From Oscillospiraceae bacterium (GTDB taxonomy: Bacteria; Bacillota; Clostridia; Oscillospirales; SIG627): 64,000 nucleotides of DNA. Positions 1 to 9,689 of this stretch are shown piece after piece. Below the pieces are notes generated by a model that was given only the letters and a program-made list of their open reading frames with translations, was not told where the DNA came from and searched no databases. Position numbers and translations under genes: made by a program. The stretch is from positions 7,504 through 71,503 of the forward strand of contig SVQO01000007.1 of NCBI GenBank assembly GCA_015065325.1. The letters are read 5' to 3'. Position 1 is the stretch's first letter. Each line of letters opens with the position of its first letter.

Positions 1-3000
1 AATTTGAAAGGTGCGTTCTACGCTTTGGACGCAGGTGCGTGCGAGACGGTTGAAAACTACGTAACCGGCGGCACCTTTGGCGGTGTTTTTTACGGCGCGG
101 GCATCAGTGCAACCTCGGGTTCCGTTTTGAATGAGATCAGTGGGGAACCTACCTTTAAATCCAGTTTCGTCGGTGCGAATCTCCGCGGTACCGTTACCGG
201 GAACGTGACCAATAATATATCCGGCGGAACCTTTGTATCCAACTACTACGGCGGCTGTATGGGTGATTTCTCGGAAAGCACGTCGAAATCAACGCAGACC
301 GTTACCGACAGCAGCGGTGCCGAATTTACCGAGGTTACGAAAACCACCACTTATTCGAAAAAGTATGATACGAAGATAGAGGGTATCCTGACCAATAATC
401 TGCACGGCGGAAAATATCTGTCCTACGTGTATGCAGGAAGCAAGATCGGTGATGTTAACCGTATCGTCAACGACCTCACCAACGTTACGTTTTCTTCCAG
501 CTTTTTTGGAGGCGGCGGTGTAAATCTAACGAATTCCGTCAAGGTTGGCCGTGCCCAATACAATGATGACGGAACTTTTAAGATGAATGAGGATGGAACG
601 GAGGTTTTGACATCTTCCGTAACGCTTTCTTCCAATCGTTTGATCTTTTCTACGATCGATTCTATTGAAAATACGCTTTCCATCCCTGCCGAGAATCAGA
701 TCAAGAGTGCATACCTTGGTGCTTACTATGCAAACGTTACCGAGGTTGTAAATACGGTAAATTCCGGTAGCTTTCACGGGTATTTTGCAGGCGGCGGATA
801 CGGTGGTACACTTGAGAGAGTTACCACTACCGTCAAGGGCGGCACCTTTTATGCTCCGCAAGATGTGCATTTTTGCTACTACGGCGCTTTGTACTCCGGC
901 ACTATGAGTGGTCCCGTTACAAACTACATTGAGGGAGGCGTGTTTACCAGATATTCCGTTGGCGGATCCTCAACCGCAGTCATTACTTCCACCTCTGACT
1001 ATGCGATCAAAAACGTGATCAGCGGTGGCTCCTTCAGCAATTTCTGGGGTGGCAGCGGTGGTAGCTCTGCAGTAGTCAGTGGTGATATCGTCAACGAAAT
1101 TCGCGGCGGTACTTTTGATTATTATCTGAACGACGGAAACTACTATTACAATGCTTTTTCCGGTGGTAACCGTAATGCAAATCACGTCTCGGGTGATATT
1201 ATTACTACGGTTTACGACGGTGAGTTTTATCATGTGTTCTCGCCGGGTTCCATTCCCGGTTCCTCGGATTACGCCCGTGGTTGCGGCGGGAACGTTACTA
1301 CCCGATTGGTTGGCGGAAATTTCTACGGCACTGTTTATACCTCCTCAACGCGCGGAAGCTATGCCAAAGCCGATCTGATTTTGGATCCGGATTACGACAG
1401 TACACATAATAAGAGTCGTTTGAGCATTTACGGTACCGTTGGTGCTGAAAGCGCCTCTACCATTGAGTTGGGGCTTGAGAGTTCTACGACAGTAACACTG
1501 GATTCCTCTGAGGCTCAGCCCATTTACGTCTCTTCGGCGGCTAAGCTTTACGCTGACGTTTCTAATAATGCTTGGATTTGTCATGAAAGCCGTTGGGATG
1601 AAGGTGTAACGTATTTGACGATGCCTCTGAATGTTAACCCTGATACCGTTCATACGATGAGTTCTGATGACGAGGGCGGTTGGGTCAAGACCGTGGAGCT
1701 TGACGGCAACTTGACCTGGGTCGGCTGCAACGGTTTAAAAGGTGCCTCTTTGGTGCTGACTGACCGAATCGGCGCGAAGGTCTATTTTGATAAGGATTAC
1801 GTGGATGATATCCTTGCAGACGGTACCTGGAAGCTCTCTTATACTGACGTTGACGGAAACAGCTTCGCCTATACGCTGAGCAAAGAGTCCATTCAAACCG
1901 TCGGAGAACTTGCGATTACCGATACGGATTACGTGCTCGCCCTTCCTTCCGTTGCCGCTTCCGAATTTCACGATCCTGTTACCGTTTACGCTCAAAGCTT
2001 CGGAACCGTTTCCTTCAGCATTCAGGATCTTTGCCGTAACGCAGTGGATTATGAGTATAAGGGGAAGACGGGAGATTTTGCTTATCTTGCAAAAACCGTA
2101 TATAATTTGGGTCTTGAAGCGTGCAGAGATTTCCACGGTTCATCCTGCTATTACGCTTCTTCCGAGAGCTATTCCGACGCCGCTCTGGTGGACGAATATC
2201 TTACTCTCGGTGACGATACCTTTGATCTTTCCGCAATTCGCAGAGGAGCGTTCCGCTTTGTCGCCGCACCCTTGGTTTTGGAAAGCGGCATGGGTATTCA
2301 ATTCCTTGGGCGCTATGACGGAACGTCCGAGTTGAAGGTGTACGTAAACGGAACCGCCTTGAATTCGGCATTCTATACCTTAGAAAAAATCACGCCTACC
2401 GCTGAAAACGGAAATTCAAATTTCCGCTTTACGCTTCGTGTAAAGGCGGCGTATCTCCACGATTCGATCACTGTTGGAGTACGGGCAGGTACCGAGGAAA
2501 ATTATTCTCAGATCGTTTGCAGCATTGCAGCGGCTTGCAATCAATACGTTCCCGGTGACCGAGACTACGAGGTAACCAGGAGCCTTCTTGCATACGTCGA
2601 GGCTGTCTATCATTTTCACAACCGCGATGAGATCCTAGCTGAAAGAAGACGTATTGCCTGGGAAGAAATGTACCGTATGATGACGGTGATTTGGACTCCT
2701 TCTGAGGATTTCAGTTATTCTCACAACAATTCCTATTATACCTCGTCAGGTGAATTTGCAGGAGATGCGACCGGTAGCTTGCGAAAGTTTAAGGCGGGAA
2801 CCTATTACAGTGGCATTCCTTATGCTCACGGTTCCGCTTCCACCAATGCATTTCTTGCTCCGGGAACAGGAAAACCCGATTCGAAGGGCGTTTATACCAT
2901 TTCTCCCACCTTTGAAATGGTGACCGGATCGCCTGCTTGGGCTCGACTCGGCAGTGACTGTAACGACGCTGTATTCTGGGCGTGGGCAGCTTCCAGCGCG

Positions 3001-4080
3001 CATATTTATAATACTTCCAGTGCCGGCTGTGTACCGAAAAACGGCGTTATCCCCGTTGGCGATTACGATTTAGCTTATAAGGATGATGGTGGACAGTTCA
3101 GCATTGATGAAGGAACTCTGGTCAGCAATCCTACTACCCTTTACGGTAAAACTCCTTATATTTGGCTCTACAATGAAGCGGTACACGGTTCCGGTACGAT
3201 GTACGAAGCGCTTGCGAAGCTTCAGCCCGGTGACGGTCTTGTATATCATATCGTGACCTCTGTTGCAGAGGAGGATGCCGATGAGACCGGTGAGGCCGCC
3301 GGCCACGTTATGATGGTACAGGATATTCACGTGGAAAGAAAAGCAAGTGGTGAAATCGATCCCGATAAGAGCTATTTGCTTTTGATGGATCAGACTTCTT
3401 CGCCTATGGGCTCGGGCAATCTTGACGATCCTCATTCTAAGTGGCAGAAGTATTGGAATGAAGAATTGGGCGCTTACGTTTATCAGTGCCCCAACGTGAA
3501 TCGCGATCTGAACGGAGACGGTGTCTATACCGCAAAGGTCTCCGGTACCTATACCAATAACGAGGCTCTGCATAAGAGAACCTTTACCAACTGTGCTCCG
3601 AAGTGGAACAGTAGCAAGAGCGCTTATTCCGGTGGATATTTGCCCATTACTTCCGTTGATTTTGAGGACTCTGCTCCTTTGCCGAAATTGAAGATCACCG
3701 ATTCTCTCGAGGGGACGGAAATGAATATGGACAGTATTTTCGATGGCTATCTGATCTCCAATTACCGCATTTCTCACGCAAATTTCTCTTTCTATGATGA
3801 AAACGGTAATCTTGTGAAATCCTTCAAGGCATTTGGAAAAGAAAGTGAATTCAATTCCAATGCGAATCACGATCATTTGTTCCGCTTTACCCGTCTTGCA
3901 ATCGAACGAGACGAGTGCCGTAATATTTACGGATCGACAAATCTCTTTGACTTGCAATTCGGAAAGAAATATACCTGTGTCGTGACGGTCCAGGCAGGAA
4001 CGATGGAAGATATTGAGGTCAGACGGTTTACGTTTATTCCTAAGCATGTAACGGAATCACCCGAGATCCCTTTGAATTGA
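1..4080 (+). CDS. Large, probably secreted or surface protein (5'-truncated): Gly-rich beta-helix-like repeats, two tandem uncharacterised domains, C-terminal NlpC/P60/CHAP-like cysteine hydrolase domain
   Basis: Frame is open from the window edge. About 10 repeats like N-x-I-x-GG-x-F in the first ~460 aa. C-terminal motifs GIPY, GSDCNDAVFWAW, LQPGDGLV, GHVMMV. Confidence 0.75.
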   Translation, partial: NLKGAFYALDAGACETVENYVTGGTFGGVFYGAGISATSGSVLNEISGEPTFKSSFVGANLRGTVTGNVTNNISGGTFVSNYYGGCMGDFSESTSKSTQTVTDSSGAEFTEVTKTTTYSKKYDTKIEGILTNNLHGGKYLSYVYAGSKIGDVNRIVNDLTNVTFSSSFFGGGGVNLTNSVKVGRAQYNDDGTFKMNEDGTEVLTSSVTLSSNRLIFSTIDSIENTLSIPAENQIKSAYLGAYYANVTEVVNTVNSGSFHGYFAGGGYGGTLERVTTTVKGGTFYAPQDVHFCYYGALYSGTMSGPVTNYIEGGVFTRYSVGGSSTAVITSTSDYAIKNVISGGSFSNFWGGSGGSSAVVSGDIVNEIRGGTFDYYLNDGNYYYNAFSGGNRNANHVSGDIITTVYDGEFYHVFSPGSIPGSSDYARGCGGNVTTRLVGGNFYGTVYTSSTRGSYAKADLILDPDYDSTHNKSRLSIYGTVGAESASTIELGLESSTTVTLDSSEAQPIYVSSAAKLYADVSNNAWICHESRWDEGVTYLTMPLNVNPDTVHTMSSDDEGGWVKTVELDGNLTWVGCNGLKGASLVLTDRIGAKVYFDKDYVDDILADGTWKLSYTDVDGNSFAYTLSKESIQTVGELAITDTDYVLALPSVAASEFHDPVTVYAQSFGTVSFSIQDLCRNAVDYEYKGKTGDFAYLAKTVYNLGLEACRDFHGSSCYYASSESYSDAALVDEYLTLGDDTFDLSAIRRGAFRFVAAPLVLESGMGIQFLGRYDGTSELKVYVNGTALNSAFYTLEKITPTAENGNSNFRFTLRVKAAYLHDSITVGVRAGTEENYSQIVCSIAAACNQYVPGDRDYEVTRSLLAYVEAVYHFHNRDEILAERRRIAWEEMYRMMTVIWTPSEDFSYSHNNSYYTSSGEFAGDATGSLRKFKAGTYYSGIPYAHGSASTNAFLAPGTGKPDSKGVYTISPTFEMVTGSPAWARLGSDCNDAVFWAWAASSAHIYNTSSAGCVPKNGVIPVGDYDLAYKDDGGQFSIDEGTLVSNPTTLYGKTPYIWLYNEAVHGSGTMYEALAKLQPGDGLVYHIVTSVAEEDADETGEAAGHVMMVQDIHVERKASGEIDPDKSYLLLMDQTSSPMGSGNLDDPHSKWQKYWNEELGAYVYQCPNVNRDLNGDGVYTAKVSGTYTNNEALHKRTFTNCAPKWNSSKSAYSGGYLPITSVDFEDSAPLPKLKITDSLEGTEMNMDSIFDGYLISNYRISHANFSFYDENGNLVKSFKAFGKESEFNSNANHDHLFRFTRLAIERDECRNIYGSTNLFDLQFGKKYTCVVTVQAGTMEDIEVRRFTFIPKHVTESPEIPLN

Positions 4081-4092
4081 CGGAGGTCTGAA

Positions 4093-4233
4093 ATGAAAAA
4101 AAAGTATTCTCCCCCTTCTTTTGAGCAGATTAAATTTCAGCCCCCAAAGGTCCTTCTTGAAAACTCTGATATATTTCAAAATGAAAATGAAGGAATTGAC
4201 GGTGATCTTACCGTGATCAAGCCTTTTGGATGA
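4093..4233 (+). CDS. 46-aa peptide MKKKYSPPSFEQIKFQPPKVLLENSDIFQNENEGIDGDLTVIKPFG (below ORF-track cutoff)
   Basis: GGAGG at 4082-4086, ATG at 4093, TGA at 4231-4233. It fills the gap between the large gene and a terminator. Confidence 0.75.
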   Translation: MKKKYSPPSFEQIKFQPPKVLLENSDIFQNENEGIDGDLTVIKPFG

Positions 4234-4234
4234 G

Positions 4235-4269
4235 AAAAAGCAGGCTGTGAAATTCACAGCCTGTTTTTT
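4235..4269 (+). terminator. Intrinsic terminator
   Basis: CAGGCTGTGAA/TTCACAGCCTG inverted repeat followed by T6. Confidence 0.85.
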
Positions 4270-4329
4270 CTTCTCAAATCTTGATATATTTGTTTTTTAT
4301 GATAAAATAGAAAAAAGGATGGTGATATT

Positions 4330-5523
4330 ATGACTTTTTCAGAAGCAGCGAGAGCACTTAAAATTGAGGTGTTTCCCGAGGAAATGGATGAGATCTATGA
4401 AAACATCGTCAAAAGCGGTGAGTATCCTTTTTCCAGAGAAATGCTTGTTCATTTGCAGGAAAAATTTAACCTGTTTGAGGATTACTATGATGCTGTTCTC
4501 GAGGGCTTTGACGATTTGGAACGAGATGAGGCAAGACGCGTATGGTCATATACGGTTGCATCTTACGCAAAAACTCATCAGAGAAAGGAGCTTACTGCGT
4601 TAAAGCTTCCGGAAACGGATCTGACTCCCGCAGGACAAATGGCACCCTTGTTTCCGCTGATCTGTATGGCGGAAGACTCGTATTATGAATACCTTCGCCG
4701 TGGCTTTCCCGAGGAAGAAACGAAGGTATATATGCGTACCTACCGTCGCAGTATGGGCGTAACTACGAACAGAACCGGCAAACCGGGACTCCAAAAGTCT
4801 CATTTCGATTGGTCCAGTCTCTACGCTTTTGTTGAAATGTATAATACCGGTGGCTTCAATTTTGCACTCGGGGTTTCTTCTGAGGCCAATTACGTATTGA
4901 TGCATAAAGAAACTCGCGAAGTAAAGGTTTTGCTGAACGGCGTCGTAATGCACCGTGATGGAATGCCGTTGGGTTGCGCCGGATATGATGATGAGCAAGG
5001 TGCTTACACCGTTACCTTTGAAGAAACCGATGATTGCTACCTTGGTTACCCGGCGGTGAATTTCCGTTGCCCAAATGAAAAACAGACGTTTTCCAAGGAT
5101 AAATGGAAGCTTGTGATTGCCCCGGGGGATGACATTTTCTGCTTACACATTCCCAGAGGAACAGATCTTTCTCCCGCAAAGGTGGCTGAAGCGATCCGTT
5201 CTGCAAGACAGATTGCCAAGAGAAGCTACCCTGAGCGGAATATCAAGGGAATTCGTTGTACGTCGTGGCTGCTTTCCCCGACCTTGAACGAGCTTTTGGG
5301 TGACAAGTCCAATATCAGCAATTTTTCGAATATCTTTAACCGCTATCCCATTCGCAACAATGGAAACGGCGTTTTTAGCTTTGCTTTCAACGGGCGTCCC
5401 GCGGATCTGAATGATCTTCCGGAGGACACTTCGCTTCGCAGAAAAGTGAAAGCATTGTATCTGGAAGGCGGTTTCGTGCTCAATTACGGCGGATTTATTA
5501 TTGACGAGGATGCTCCTGTTTGA
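4330..5523 (+). CDS. Acyltransferase, NAT_N/GNAT_C type (glycopeptide N-acyltransferase-like)
   Basis: C-terminal motifs LHIPRG, CTSWLLSP, SNISNF, PEDTSLRR. Confidence 0.7.
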   Translation: MTFSEAARALKIEVFPEEMDEIYENIVKSGEYPFSREMLVHLQEKFNLFEDYYDAVLEGFDDLERDEARRVWSYTVASYAKTHQRKELTALKLPETDLTPAGQMAPLFPLICMAEDSYYEYLRRGFPEEETKVYMRTYRRSMGVTTNRTGKPGLQKSHFDWSSLYAFVEMYNTGGFNFALGVSSEANYVLMHKETREVKVLLNGVVMHRDGMPLGCAGYDDEQGAYTVTFEETDDCYLGYPAVNFRCPNEKQTFSKDKWKLVIAPGDDIFCLHIPRGTDLSPAKVAEAIRSARQIAKRSYPERNIKGIRCTSWLLSPTLNELLGDKSNISNFSNIFNRYPIRNNGNGVFSFAFNGRPADLNDLPEDTSLRRKVKALYLEGGFVLNYGGFIIDEDAPV

Positions 5524-5524
5524 T

Positions 5525-5560
5525 AAAAAACCCCTGCAAACCATTTGGGTTGCAGGGGTT
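5525..5560. terminator. Terminator hairpin between convergent genes
   Basis: AACCCCTGCAA...TTGCAGGGGTT with an A-tract on the left. Confidence 0.75.
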
Positions 5561-5565
5561 GAATT

Positions 5566-6693
5566 TTACTTATAAAGGCTTTCCTTGCCCTTGATGCTCA
5601 TCGCTTTTTCACCGAGGTACTTGACAACGTCCATACCGAGGTACTGTGCCAAATCTCTCATTTCGGCAACGGTATTTACATTTACGTTAATACCGTTTTT
5701 CATTCTTTCTTCCATTGCGAAGACTTCCTTTTCGCCGTGGGTATAAATACGATCCTTGCCTTCTGCCTTGGGAGAATTTCTCAGTTCATCCAGATAAGCG
5801 GAGAGGTGATTCTTCACACCCTCTGCATCACCGAAGATCTTGGGATCCATAACCATAAATCCGTGACAGATGCCACCTTTGCCGCCAACGTTGGTCTTGT
5901 CGGAGGTGGTTCCCATTGAAATGATAGAGGAGAACAGCTCAGCAACCATGCCCCAGCCGTAGCCCTTGTGGCTACCGCTGTCTTCGGTAGACCCGCCGAG
6001 AGGAAGGATTCCGCCGCCTTCTTTGTTGATAATGCATGTTAGAACACGCTCGGCATCGGTGGATTCGTTACCGGTGGAATCGATCGCCCAGCCGTCATGA
6101 AGCGGCTTATCCAGTTTGTTATATACTTCCAGCTTTCCCCTTGTAACAACGGTTGTAGAAGCATCAAAGAGGAAGGGGTAGGGCTCAGCAGGGAAAGAAA
6201 TTGCAATGGGATTGGAACCGAGCATTGCTTTTCTGCCGAAGGTAGGAACCATGATTGCCGTGGTATTAGTGGTAGAAATGCCGATCAAACCCTCGTCGCA
6301 AGCCATTTTGGTATAGTAGCCTGCTATTCCGTAATGTGTGGAATTTCTGACAGTCACGATCGCAATGCCGGTCTGCTTTGCTTTTTCAATAGCCTTCTTC
6401 ATTGCAAAGTGACCTACGACCTGACCCATGCCGTCGTGTGCATCGATAACCGCGGAAACGGGGGTTTCAAAAACAACCTCGGGTTTTGCTTTGACCTGAA
6501 TCAAGCCCTTGGCTATATCCTTGTGATAACGAACCAATCTCTGCGTTCCGTGGCTTTCTATCCCGAACAGATCTGCAAGTAGCAGAACGTCCGTGATGAT
6601 TTCAGATTCCTCCTTGGAAAAACCGAATTTTTCAAAAGCGTCGTCGCAAAAGGTTTTCAGTTCTTTGTAAGAATAATTCAAATAATTGCTCAT
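5566..6693 (-). CDS. Ldh_2 family (malate/L-lactate/ureidoglycolate-type) dehydrogenase
   Basis: ADLFGIESHG, NSTHYGIAG, GSNPI, LPLGG, HKGYG motifs. Confidence 0.9.
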   Translation of the reverse strand: MSNYLNYSYKELKTFCDDAFEKFGFSKEESEIITDVLLLADLFGIESHGTQRLVRYHKDIAKGLIQVKAKPEVVFETPVSAVIDAHDGMGQVVGHFAMKKAIEKAKQTGIAIVTVRNSTHYGIAGYYTKMACDEGLIGISTTNTTAIMVPTFGRKAMLGSNPIAISFPAEPYPFLFDASTTVVTRGKLEVYNKLDKPLHDGWAIDSTGNESTDAERVLTCIINKEGGGILPLGGSTEDSGSHKGYGWGMVAELFSSIISMGTTSDKTNVGGKGGICHGFMVMDPKIFGDAEGVKNHLSAYLDELRNSPKAEGKDRIYTHGEKEVFAMEERMKNGINVNVNTVAEMRDLAQYLGMDVVKYLGEKAMSIKGKESLYK

Positions 6694-6784
6694 AATTTAC
6701 TTCCTCAATTTTTATTGTTAGAGATATTATATCCCATTCAGCCTTGTCTGTCAATCGGACTTTTATACGGATTTTTTATAGTAG

Positions 6785-6824
6785 AAAAAAAGAAAGTCGC
6801 TCGTCTGAGCGACTTTCTTTTTTT
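6785..6824 (-). terminator. Intrinsic terminator downstream of the ferredoxin
   Basis: A-tract, GAAAGTCGCTC/GAGCGACTTTC stem, T-tract. Confidence 0.85.
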
Positions 6825-6828
6825 GCGA

Positions 6829-7002
6829 TTAGGCCTCGGGCTGAGGAGCTTCAACAGGGCAAACGCCTGCGCAAGCACCGCACTCGATGCAAGCATCCTT
6901 GTCAATGAAAGCCTTGCCGTCTTTTTCTACAATCGCAGAAACAGGGCACTCGTCAACACAAGCCATGCAACCAACGCATTCGTCAGAAATGATGTATGCC
7001 AT
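6829..7002 (-). CDS. fdx: Clostridial 2[4Fe-4S] ferredoxin
   Basis: Two CxxCxxCxxxCP motifs; starts MAYIISDEC; GGAGG RBS at 7011-7015. Confidence 0.95.
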   Translation of the reverse strand: MAYIISDECVGCMACVDECPVSAIVEKDGKAFIDKDACIECGACAGVCPVEAPQPEA

Positions 7003-7096
7003 TTGAAATACCTCCAAAATTATATTACTAACATTATAGCACTACTTAAGAAAAATTCAAGTGCTTTCATAAATTTTATTGCAAATCTAAGGATTT

Positions 7097-8218
7097 TTAT
7101 TGATCCTCGTTTGTTTCTTTTTCATTTTTAGCAGTAGGCTGAGTTTTTTTCATTTTCGGAATTATTTTTAGTTCGGAGGCCTCAAAGGGAATGATATTTT
7201 CGGGATCGGAATCAAGGCGAACCTTGCATTTCCCGCAAAGGATATTTGATTCGATTACAGTTCCTTTTCCTTTTGGGGTCATTACACAGCTCTCTGCTCG
7301 CGGACACTTCTTGGATGCTTCAACGTAAACGTCGTTTTCATAGCGAAGACAGCACATCAGCCTTCCGCAGGTCCCGCTGATCTTGGTGGGATTGAGGGAA
7401 AGATTTTGTTCCTTTGCCATCTTGATGGACACCTGCTGAAAATCATCTAAAAAAGAGCTGCAACAAAGAGGTCTTCCGCAGATTCCCAGGCCGCCCAGCT
7501 GCTTTGCCTCATCGCGTACGCCGATCTGCCTTAGCTCAATGCGGGTACGGAAGATGCCGGCTACGTCTTTAACAAACTCACGAAAATCCACTCGTCCCTC
7601 TGAGGTGAAATAGAAAACGATTTTTGAGCGGTCAAAGGAGCATTCTACGTCGGAAAGCGCCATATCCAGTTTGTGCTCGGCGGTTTTTTCAAGAAAAACC
7701 TTTCTTCCGCGCAATTCAAGCTCACGGTTTTCTTCGTATCGCTTAATATCGCTTTCATTTGCTTTGCGTAAAACTTTTTTTAAGGGGAGAACAACGTCCT
7801 TTTCGGAAACGGTTCTTGCAGCAGTAGCAACGGTTCCGAATTCGGTTCCTTGGCTGGTTTCTACGATTACACGATCACCAACGGAAAAGGAGTTTTCACC
7901 GGGGTCGAAAGAATAGGTTTTGCCCAAGGGGCGGAAACGAATTCCGACAACCAGATATTTTGCTTCCTGCCCGGTTTTCTCCGATTTTTGAAAAATTTCG
8001 GGATCGGAAAAATCGGTTTCAACCTTGATTGGCTGGCAGGGGGCTTCAAACGCGTTTTTTTCTTCTGTTTCAGGTACAAGCTTTACTTCGTCAGCGGAGA
8101 TATCCGTTTTGTTTAGCTCAGCCGTTTTTTTGTGGTCTTTATTAAAAGCCTTGTTCTTTTTATGAAAGTGACGGTGGTTCCGTCTGTGTCTTGGCTTCTT
8201 TTCGTTTTCCTTGTCCAT
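7097..8218 (-). CDS. ricT: PSP1-domain protein RicT/YaaT
   Basis: RVDFRE, RIELRQIGVRDE, CGRPLCC, KISGTCGRLMCCL. Confidence 0.92.
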   Translation of the reverse strand: MDKENEKKPRHRRNHRHFHKKNKAFNKDHKKTAELNKTDISADEVKLVPETEEKNAFEAPCQPIKVETDFSDPEIFQKSEKTGQEAKYLVVGIRFRPLGKTYSFDPGENSFSVGDRVIVETSQGTEFGTVATAARTVSEKDVVLPLKKVLRKANESDIKRYEENRELELRGRKVFLEKTAEHKLDMALSDVECSFDRSKIVFYFTSEGRVDFREFVKDVAGIFRTRIELRQIGVRDEAKQLGGLGICGRPLCCSSFLDDFQQVSIKMAKEQNLSLNPTKISGTCGRLMCCLRYENDVYVEASKKCPRAESCVMTPKGKGTVIESNILCGKCKVRLDSDPENIIPFEASELKIIPKMKKTQPTAKNEKETNEDQ

Positions 8219-8227
8219 TATTTACCT

Positions 8228-9532
8228 TTAATCAAAATCTGAAAATTCAATATTTTTGGGATAAACGACCTTGATATCGGCACCGACAGCCTGAAGCTTG
8301 CCGATCAGATCCTCATATCCGCGGAAGATGTGGTAGATCTCGTCGATCTGCGTGATACCTTTGGCAGCCAAACCTGCAATTACCATTGCCGAGCCTGCGC
8401 GAAGATCGACCGCTCGTACGGAAGCACCTGTGAATTCCGGGATGCCTTCTACCTCGGCGCATCTTCCGTTGATGTTGATCTTTGCTCCCATTCGCTTCAG
8501 CTCTTCAACGTAACGAAAACGGGATTCCCATACACTTTCGGTAAGGCGGGAAAGGCCGTTTGCCAAACAAAGCAATACGCACATTTGAGGATTCATATCC
8601 GTCGGGAAACCGGGATAGGGGAGCGTTTTTACGTTCACCTTATTCAAGGGGGCAGCTCCACGCCTGACTGTGACGGAATCACCGTCCTCGATTACTTCAA
8701 CACCCATTTCGCAAAGCTTAGCCGTTACGGAATCCAAATGCTTGGGAATGACGTTGGTGATCTTGAGATCACCCTTGGTAGCGGCGGCAAGAATCATAAA
8801 GGTTCCTGCTTCGATCATATCGGGAATAATGGTATATGTTACGCCGTGCAGCTTTTTAACACCGCGAATACGGATCACGTCTGTTCCTGCGCCGCTGATA
8901 TCCGCTCCGCAAGCGTTCAGGAAGTTTGCGGTATCGACGATATGGGGCTCGTGCGCCGCATTCTCGATAATGGTCGTGCCTTCTGCTTTTACTGCGGCGA
9001 GCATTACGTTGATGGTTCCGCCGACGGTAACCACGTCCATATATACGGAAGAGCCTTGAAGAACGCCGTTTTTGGCGGTGGCTTCTATGTATCCGCCGTC
9101 GAGCTTAACCTCGCACCCCAATGCTTCAAACCCTTTTATATGTTGGTCAATGGGACGAACACCGAAGTCGCATCCTCCGGGTAAGCCTACGAAGGCTCGG
9201 CCAAAACGTCCCAGTTCAGCGCCGATCAGATAATATGAGGCGCGCATTTTGCTGACGAGTTCGTAGGGAGCAATGCCGGGTGAAACGTAGGTTGCGTCAA
9301 TTTCAACGGTGTTTTTACTAAGCTTCTTGACTTTTACGCCGATCTCTTCCAAAATCTGCAGAGAAATATTGATATCTGCTATATCGGGAAGGTTTTCAAT
9401 AATACATTTGTCCTCGGTGAGAATGGTGGAAAGGACGATGGCAACAGCCGCATTTTTCATTCCGGAAACAGGAATTTCACCTACGAGAGGTTTTCCGCCG
9501 GAAATAATAATTTTTCCTTTGCTTATATCCAT
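8228..9532 (-). CDS. murA: UDP-N-acetylglucosamine 1-carboxyvinyltransferase
   Basis: SGMKNA, MRASY, LPGGCDFGVRPIDQH, YPGFPTD, DLRAG. Confidence 0.97.
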   Translation of the reverse strand: MDISKGKIIISGGKPLVGEIPVSGMKNAAVAIVLSTILTEDKCIIENLPDIADINISLQILEEIGVKVKKLSKNTVEIDATYVSPGIAPYELVSKMRASYYLIGAELGRFGRAFVGLPGGCDFGVRPIDQHIKGFEALGCEVKLDGGYIEATAKNGVLQGSSVYMDVVTVGGTINVMLAAVKAEGTTIIENAAHEPHIVDTANFLNACGADISGAGTDVIRIRGVKKLHGVTYTIIPDMIEAGTFMILAAATKGDLKITNVIPKHLDSVTAKLCEMGVEVIEDGDSVTVRRGAAPLNKVNVKTLPYPGFPTDMNPQMCVLLCLANGLSRLTESVWESRFRYVEELKRMGAKININGRCAEVEGIPEFTGASVRAVDLRAGSAMVIAGLAAKGITQIDEIYHIFRGYEDLIGKLQAVGADIKVVYPKNIEFSDFD

Positions 9533-9689
9533 AATGAAAAGGGAGATCCTTTCAATGTACTGAACCGTTTGCAGTGCAAACGGGGGTATTATATCAAATT
9601 GTCACTGAAAAAAGGGGAGGAATCCGCAAAATTAACAATAACTTCACTTTTAGTAAAAACAATTCTCTTTGTATTTTATGCAGTGCACG

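Noticed and set aside
6715-7131. 138-aa plus-strand ORF
   Set aside because: It is antisense to the ferredoxin and runs through its terminator.
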